DNA of 64,000 nt. It comes from Octopus vulgaris (taxonomy: Eukaryota). Below, piece after piece: positions 56,762-64,000 of the stretch. The notes beneath the pieces are model-generated. The model made no database searches and was not told the origin of the DNA. It saw only the letters and a program-made list of their open reading frames with translations. Location: positions 54,188,001 through 54,252,000 of the forward strand of contig OX597821.1 of NCBI GenBank assembly GCA_951406725.2, in the 5' to 3' direction. Position 1 is the stretch's first letter. Each line of letters starts with the position of its first letter. Both the position numbers and the translations under genes were made by a program.

Positions 56762-57186
56762 ATACTCTTTTACTATTTTACTTGTTTCAGTCATTTGACT
56801 GTGGCTATGCTGGAGCACTGCCTTTCGTTGAGCAAATCGACCCCAGGACTTATTCTTTGTAATCCTAGTACTTATTCTATCGGTCTCTTTTGCTGAACCA
56901 CTAAGTTACAGGGATCTAAACACACCAGCATCGGTTGTCAAGTGATGTTGGGAGGACAAACACAGACACACAAACATACACACACACACACATACACACA
57001 CATATATATATACATATATACGATAGGCTGCTTTCAGTTTCTGTCTACCAAATCCACTCACAAGGCTTTGGTCGGCCCGAGGCTATAGTAGAAGACACTT
57101 GCCCAAGGTGTCACACAGTGGGACTTGAAGCCAGAACCATATGGTTCATAAGCAAGCTACTTACCACACAGCCACTCCTATGCCTA
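56762..57186 (-). mobile_element. SINE family B, full length
   Basis: Collinear with the 39232 and 50285 copies. Confidence 0.88.
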
Positions 57187-57789
57187 TATCATACGAAAAA
57201 TAAAAAAAGCATATCGTCAGAATCTCAGTCAAAAAGATAACAAATGAGTAATTCAAAACAATGTGAACAAATAAGCACAAGAGTCAACAGAATGATCTGA
57301 ATACCAAGGGGTTAAGCCCTTATTGCCCTGCGATCATGTGATGTGTTGTTATATCTGTGTGCTGGAGTTAGAAATCACAAGAAGACAGTAGAAATCCTTA
57401 TATGTGCAATGACTTCAAGCAGTGTTAGAATAAGCTTTGATTCCTTTTCATGGAGAAACCAATAAAATACAATAAAATTCTAGAAGAGTCAATTTGACTA
57501 TTAGTATTAGTAAATAATCGATAGATGACACAAATGCACACACACACACACATACACATGCACATGCACATGCACCTGCAGAGCTAGAGAGAGAGAGGGA
57601 GAGGAAACTGGGAGTAAAATTCCTTATAGCTGTATTTATGACAGTAAATATTTGCAGTGTTAATCAGGTGTGACAAGGAGCAGGAAAAATTTATTGGGAA
57701 AAGCAAAAAAAAAGGAAAAATATCAGTGTCACAAAGCTACTAAAAACTGTAGCAACAACATTGTTGTCGTTGTTCCTACTATTGTAATA

Positions 57790-58150
57790 GATGGTGTTGT
57801 TGTTGTTGTTAGAAGTAGTAGTAGTAGTAATAGTAGTAGTAGTGGTGGCGGTGGTGGCGTTGGTGGCAGTATTAGTGGTGGTGGTGGTGGCAGTGACGAG
57901 TGAATTTGTGGTGTTGGTGGTAGTGGTAGTGGTAGTAGTAGTAGTAGTAGTAGTATTGGCAGTGGCAGCAGTATTAGTGGTGGTGGTAGTGGTAGTTGTA
58001 GAAGTGGTTGTAGTAGTAGTGTTGGCAGTGGCAGCAGTATTAGTGGCGGTGGTGGTGGTGGTGGTAGTGGTAGTAGTAGTAGTGGTGGTGGTGGCAGTAT
58101 TAGTGGTAGTGGTGTTGTTGGCGGCAGTATTAGTGGTGGTAGTGGTAGTG

Positions 58151-58202
<52 letters not shown>
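57790..58202. repeat. (GTA/GTG/GCA)n trinucleotide array
   Basis: Read directly; source of the poly-V and poly-T ORFs. Confidence 0.95.
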
Positions 58203-58248
58203 ACAAATAAGAAAAAACAGAAAGAAAAGTGTATTCTCTGCATATTAC

Positions 58249-58287
58249 CAGTCATAATATTCCCAGCTTTAGTGCAATCATACATAC
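58249..58287 (-). CDS. Candidate 39-nt internal exon ((C)MYDCTKAGNIMT)
   Basis: Long polypyrimidine tract plus tag acceptor, donor CTG|GTAATA, phase 1-1, in frame with both flanking candidate exons. Confidence 0.45.
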
Positions 58288-58364
58288 CTATTGAGGGATA
58301 AATGGAATTTGAAAAAGAAATGAAAATTTTCGACTACTAAGCCATAGCTTCCAATCAGCCAGAT

Positions 58365-58474
58365 ATATACTTATACATATGTAGGTATGTATGTATGTAT
58401 ATATATATATATATACATACATATAAATATATATATACTTATATATATATATATATATATACATATATATATAC

Positions 58475-58563
<89 letters not shown>

Positions 58564-58705
58564 CATATACATATATACATATATATATACATATATATAT
58601 ACATATATACATATATACATATACATATATACATATACATATATACATATACATATATACATATACATATATACATATATATATACATATATACATATAC
58701 ATATA

Positions 58706-58754
<49 letters not shown>

Positions 58755-58800
58755 ATATACACACACACACATAAACATATACACACATATATATACAGAC
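58365..58800. repeat. (TA)n/(TATACA)n simple repeat
   Basis: Read directly from the sequence. Confidence 0.95.
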
Positions 58801-59311
58801 AAGAATATATACTTATAGTTCTATTCTATCTTTTTTACGCTTTTATGTATGGTGTGTGAATTTATATATATTTGTGTCATTTTCCTTACTGAGATATAAA
58901 AACTAAAGCAGTATGAGAAAGAAAATGCTTGAGCAAGTGTTATTCTTGGTTGCTGAAGGTAATCACCAAAGCACTGAAATGGCTTATATCAGTGAATGGT
59001 GTCATTACTGTTCTTGTCATTTATTTATTTGGTCTTATCTTGTTGTTTACAGGAATTATATATCCTTCTGCACTTTTTATTTTTAATAACATTTTGAGGT
59101 AAGTTTGTTACAATTCAAGTAGATTACGTTAAACAGAAAGATGGAAAATCACAGGGAAACTCTTTATATTTCTATGAGCTACACACACGCTCACATACAC
59201 ACATAAGTATATATATGTACATCTATATATATTTATATATATATGTACATATGTATATAAGTATATAAACATATAAACACACACACACACACAAATATAC
59301 ATATATGTATT

Positions 59312-59373
<62 letters not shown>

Positions 59374-59380
59374 TACATAT

Positions 59381-59755
59381 ACGAGCAAATTGCCCTCGTC
59401 CAATGAACAGTGCTGAGTTGTCAAACATTTAAACCAAATTCTCTCAAAACAACTTGTCCGAGCATCCCATAGGCCTCCCCTTTGAGAAACACTGATTTAA
59501 CCTAAATTTGAGACACCAGCAAAATACGGATTTTGACTGATGTACTTAGTGCATACAAATGCACGTTCCCACTGCTTTATCGATTGCATTCTCACCTGGA
59601 ATTGATTTTTGTAATTTTTTGAAGACTTATACATGCCCTGATACCATCGGTATCTACATGTCAAATTTGAGCGCAATCGGATTGAGAATGCCTGAGATCC
59701 TAGAAGACACACACACAGTCAGATAGACAGACAGAACAGATTTGATATAATAGAT
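59381..59755 (+). mobile_element. Non-autonomous Helentron/HINE (DINE-1-like) element
   Basis: Starts acgagc..gccc, has the subterminal aaatttgagcgcaatcgg motif and a (CAGA)n tract, and ends in tataatagat. Confidence 0.55.
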
Positions 59756-60353
59756 ATTCAAATATGAACTAGTGTAATAAACATTATTAGCCATATATAC
59801 TTATCACATTTGGCACATGCCTTTCCCAGTAGGCTGGGATTTAGCGAAGTGGAGAATATTCTTCGAAAGTGCTGAGTGTTAAAGTACCTAACTTTTAGGT
59901 CATTTAACACTCAGAGCTTTGAAAGAGTATTCTTCACCTCACCAAATACACAGCCTACTGGCAGATGTTCATGGTTTATGGATTCAGTCTATGTGATTGA
60001 TAACATTTGTTACACTAGACCTGCCTCCATTTCATATTTGAATTTATTCTTAAGTATAGATTGTTATATGCATGTAAGTTGTGGACTAGCTAAGTGGTTC
60101 ATCTCTGGCCCTGTTCAGATACATGATGTTAACAATACACAAAAATGATGAACGTTGATGTCCATCACACCCAGATGTGACTAGTGGTGATTTATCTCAC
60201 ATATCCATGGCACTCAAGTTTTTTAATACTCAGCGCTTTGAGGGAGTGTTCTCAGAATTGCCAAATCACAGCCTACCAGCACAATGCATATATGTTAAAT
60301 ATATGTGGTTGATAATGTTTATCTGTCTATCTATTTATCTATATGTGTGTGTA

Positions 60354-60420
<67 letters not shown>

Positions 60421-60558
60421 ATACAAACATACAAAATTTAGGTATATATATATGTACACACACACACATATATACACACATGCACACACACACACACACA
60501 CACACATATACATATATATATATCAAATAGATGTCTTATAAAACTATTTTGCTCATAC

Positions 60559-60744
60559 AATAAGAGCCATACCAACAATCTAACATATCTCCATCATCAG
60601 CTGCACCATGGATATCACTATGGTTTTGACACACCTGGTCGGTACCGTTCAATCTGGCAGTGTCAACAGCACTAAAGTAAGTGTTGTTTGGGAACAAACA
60701 TGCCATATATATCACCACATCGCCACATGCATTCAATCTTAATT
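60559..60744 (-). CDS. Candidate internal exon of Cys-rich protein (LRLNACGDVVIYMACLFPNNTYFSAVDTARLNGTDQVCQNHSDIHGAADDGDMLDCWYGSY)
   Basis: Acceptor catttaatctttcctag, 186 nt open, protein-like composition, donor ATT|GTATGA in phase 1-1. An alternative donor lies at 60573. Confidence 0.62.
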
Positions 60745-60992
60745 CTAGGAAAGATTAAATGCTGACATTGTTAATTAAATAAAAACAAAAAACACATTTA
60801 ACCTGTGTACGAAAGCAGTAGTGGTAAATAAATTCATTAAGTAAACCTATAACGAACTCCTAAATTATCTAACTAAATAGCAACCTAGCTCTTGCAGAAT
60901 ATGCAGATAATATTCCCGCCAGTCTTCCATAGTTATTAATATATAATATATATATAATATTATAATATATTATATGTGTGTGTGTGTGTGTG

Positions 60993-61045
<53 letters not shown>

Positions 61046-61048
<3 letters not shown>

Positions 61049-61665
61049 TAGACCCAGGAAGACATGGGATGAGGTAGTCAAGCATGACCTCTGAGCGTTG
61101 GGTCTCACAGAGGCAATGTCAAAGGACCGAGATCTCTGGAGATATGTTGTGACTGCAAAGAGCCGGGCTGCTTCTTGCACCAGTTTCGCATAGCCCCAGC
61201 ACATTCAAAGTACTTGGATTGCAGAATGACCTGCTGTGCTTACCTTGGATCGTAGTGTGACCTGTTGTGCTTGAGGAGACCCTTTGAGTCAAGTACATCA
61301 ACATAAATATCAATATCAAAATAAATATCAAATGGAAATTGTAGTTACGACACCTGTACCGGCATGTAAAAAGCACCATCTGAACGTGGCCGAAGCACCA
61401 TCCGAACATGGCCGATGCCAGCGCCACCTTGGCTGGCTTCTGTGCCGGTGGCACGTAAAAAGCACCAACCGATCAGGGCCACGGCCAGCCTCCCTGGCAC
61501 GTAAAAAGCACCCACTACACTCACGGAGTGGTTGGCATTAGGAAGGGCATCCAGCTGTAGAAATACACCCAGATCAGACTGGAGCCTGGTGCAGCCTCCT
61601 GGCTTCCCAGACCCCGGTCAAACCGTCCAACCTGTGCTAGCAGGGAAAGCGAACGTTAAACAATG
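61046..61665 (+). mobile_element. RTE-clade LINE 3' end with 3' UTR
   Basis: GRPRKTWDEVVKHDL*ALGLTEAMSKDRDLWR, followed by a UTR shared with the 18527 and 24070 repeats. Confidence 0.85.
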
Positions 61666-61709
61666 ATATATATATTATATATATACAAACATACATATGT
61701 GTGTGTGTA

Positions 61710-61766
<57 letters not shown>

Positions 61767-61827
61767 ATATATATAAGTATATGTATATATATATAAGTAT
61801 ATATATAAGTATATATATATGTATGTA

Positions 61828-62175
61828 AAAAAGGGGTAAAGACCCCCTTCGGTCATGAGTGACCATGGGTTTGCACCTAGAGTGTTACCCTCTGAGGCAC
61901 AAGTCTGGGCAAGGTTGTTTTTATGGAAGACCAGTAGTCGCCCATACATACCGGCCTCCCCTCTCCACGCCACCAGTGTTATCCAAGGGAAAGACAAAGG
62001 TCGATACAGCTTGGCACCAGTGACGTCGCAACTCATTTCTACAGCTGAGTGAACTGGAGCAACGTGAAATAAAGTGCTTTGCTCAAGAACACAACACGCA
62101 ACCCGGTCCGGGATTCGAACTCACAACCTCACGATCGTAAGCTCGACGCTCTAACCACTGAGCCATGCGCCTCCA
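61828..62175 (-). mobile_element. tRNA-headed CORE-like SINE (family C), full length and young
   Basis: Head tggctcagtggttagagc...gagttcgaatccc followed by a CORE-like gtgttcttgagcaaagcactt...ctcagctgtagaaatg segment. Confidence 0.85.
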
Positions 62176-62468
62176 TAAGTATGTATATATATATATATAT
62201 GTATGTATATATCATTTGCCATGATAGATCGCTAGCCACTACACATACATTATTTTCTCTCTTTATTTTCTCTCCTTGCTTCTTTCTGTGTTCCGTTCTG
62301 TGGAAGAGTGCAGGCTCAAAATGTTAAAGAATTTTTCACTTCTTGAGCATTATATTAATACATCTGTTTGTTGTCTACACCACCATTCTTCATCATTTGC
62401 TTTTTTGTGAATTCTCCCTATGTATGTATATACATATATATGTATGTATATATATATATATATGAAAA

Positions 62469-62509
62469 GGATTTGAAAAGCCCACTCGATTGGGAGAAAG
62501 CGCTAATCC
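62469..62509 (+). ncRNA. Minimal hammerhead ribozyme with U3-A8 core variant
   Basis: ggat TTGAAAA g ccca ctcgat tggg a GAAA gcgc TA^ atcc. Helix I and helix II pair, and helix III is palindromic. Confidence 0.62.
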
Positions 62510-62605
62510 GAATGATATGATCTGAATGATATGATATATATGTAAAAAATGTAATATATAAATAAATATCTATAAATATGAACCATCCGATCTGATTACC
62601 TCATT

Positions 62606-62653
<48 letters not shown>

Positions 62654-62662
<9 letters not shown>

Positions 62663-62779
62663 GAAGGAGCTTCTACAGGACTAGAACTGTTTCATTCAAG
62701 AGAAATCTTCAGGAAGCTTCCTGAAGATTTCTCTTGAATGAAACAGTTCTAGTCCTGTAGAAGCTCCTTCTATATAATA
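62654..62779. repeat. Perfect 126-bp palindrome carrying one HHR motif per strand
   Basis: Centred at 62716/62717 with no loop. Reads agcttc CTGAAGA t ttc tctt gaa t GAAA cag ttctagtc ctg TA^ gaagct. Confidence 0.9.
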
Positions 62780-62848
62780 AATTAATTTTACTCTACTATG
62801 TATTGAGTACCTTATTTACTGTGGTTAACCCCGAATCAACCCGGGACC

Positions 62849-62888
<40 letters not shown>

Positions 62889-63332
62889 GTGACGTATATT
62901 TGCCATCTCAATATGGCTACCCCTAAGGGTGGATGCTACTGTAGTTTTTAGCCCCAGGAGGACACACTCCTCCAGCTGGCCATAGACACACTTTCTGTGT
63001 CCTGTCAGTATTTGCAAAGGGAAGTCATCCTTCCCGTCTTCAACTTATGATACACACGGACTCGAGTTTCGAGGTATTGACCTCTCGTCAGCGTGTGACA
63101 ATCATAGTTGTCGGCGAGAATTAGATTTCCTTCACAAATACTTATACTTTTTCCAGCGTCCACTGTCGCTGATATTGAAAAAGTGAAATCAAACGACTTC
63201 CCTTTGCAAATACTGACAGGACACAGAAAGTGTGTCTATGGCCAGCTGGAGGAGTGTGTCCTCCTGGGGCTAAAAACTACAGTAGCATCCACCCTTAGGG
63301 GTAGCCATATTGAGATGGCAAATATACGTCAC
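62889..63332. repeat. 138-bp inverted repeat (62889-63026 / 63195-63332), PLE terminal-repeat-like
   Basis: The arms are reverse complements, seen as identical peptides in the + and - ORFs. The spacer contains an HHR. Confidence 0.9.
63041..63110 (-). ncRNA. Canonical type I hammerhead ribozyme
   Basis: Minus strand reads caac tatgat tgt cacacg CTGACGA gagg tcaata cctc GAAA ctcgag TC^ cgtgtg t atcata a gttg. Predicted cleavage between 63059 and 63058. Confidence 0.88.
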
Positions 63333-63429
63333 AATGTGTTACCGCTACTGTATATAACTCACTTTGATATTTATCATTGTTATATATATACACATATATA
63401 TATATGCATATATATATACATACATATAC

Positions 63430-63854
63430 ATATTATTCAAATCTTTATACTTCCAACATTATCACACCCCATGAAAGTTATTATAATAATAGTAATAGCA
63501 AATTAACCCCTAGTAACAATTCTAAGAGCTTTATGTATGTAAATACCAATAATACCAGTGATAGCACTAATAACCCAAACTTAGCCAGAAACAATATAGA
63601 TAACATAGCTAATTGTAATGAAGACAATGATGTACTGAGGATTCCCCAGGTATCCCATGTGCAGCCATTAGATGTTAGTTGCACAACATCTAATGGTAGA
63701 ATCTAAGAGAGTAGCAATAATATAAATTTATGTAATTATACAAATGATAATAACTTGAGAAATGATAACATAACACTTAATAATACTTCTAGGAATTTGA
63801 ACAGTACCATGTATGAAGACAGTACAAATATGAATAATAGGAGAAATGGTAATG

Positions 63855-63912
<58 letters not shown>

Positions 63913-64000
63913 TAATAATAATAATAATGATAATAATAATAATAATCGCAGTTGCAATTGTAGGGAAAGATCTCTCTGCCTACTATCAGGTCAATGTTTA
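63430..64000 (+). mobile_element. PLE (Neptune-like) linker region running out of the window
   Basis: One Asn-rich frame with a single TAA at 63704, ending RSCNCRERSLCLLSGQCL, the CNCR..CPLxGxCL motif that precedes GIY-YIG. Confidence 0.78.

Noticed and set aside
57691-58210. Mucin-like poly-Thr and poly-Val ORFs
   Set aside because: Trinucleotide array with no splice signals tying it in frame to the neighbouring candidate exon.
62095-62175. tRNA-like sequence (also 41660-41734)
   Set aside because: It has A and B boxes but no acceptor stem and continues into a SINE body.
63195-63332. HDV-like or twister ribozyme in the inverted-repeat arm
   Set aside because: It has many hairpins, but I could not build the required pseudoknot pairings.

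Overview
This is AT-rich eukaryotic DNA dominated by microsatellites and repeats. The tRNA-derived SINE families and repeat landscape look cephalopod (Octopus-like), which is an inference from recognition, not a database hit. Most of the window is decayed transposable elements: R4/Dong-type, RTE and CR1-like LINEs; several Penelope-like elements (PLEs); Tc1, mariner, maT and Tigger DNA transposons; a HINE-like element; and a piggyBac-type MITE. Most ORFs in the supplied track are artefacts of simple repeats. The strongest unexplained signal is a set of type I hammerhead ribozyme (HHR) motifs. Several sit in palindromes or inverted repeats, and 4-5 cluster at 62.3-63.3 kb, including a U3-A8 core covariant and a perfect 126-bp two-ribozyme palindrome. 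Two spliced host-gene candidates can be assembled by hand: a minus-strand Cys-rich protein C-terminus (60744 to 51016) and a small plus-strand secreted-type gene (from 16715). I saw no rRNA, true tRNA or CRISPR array.
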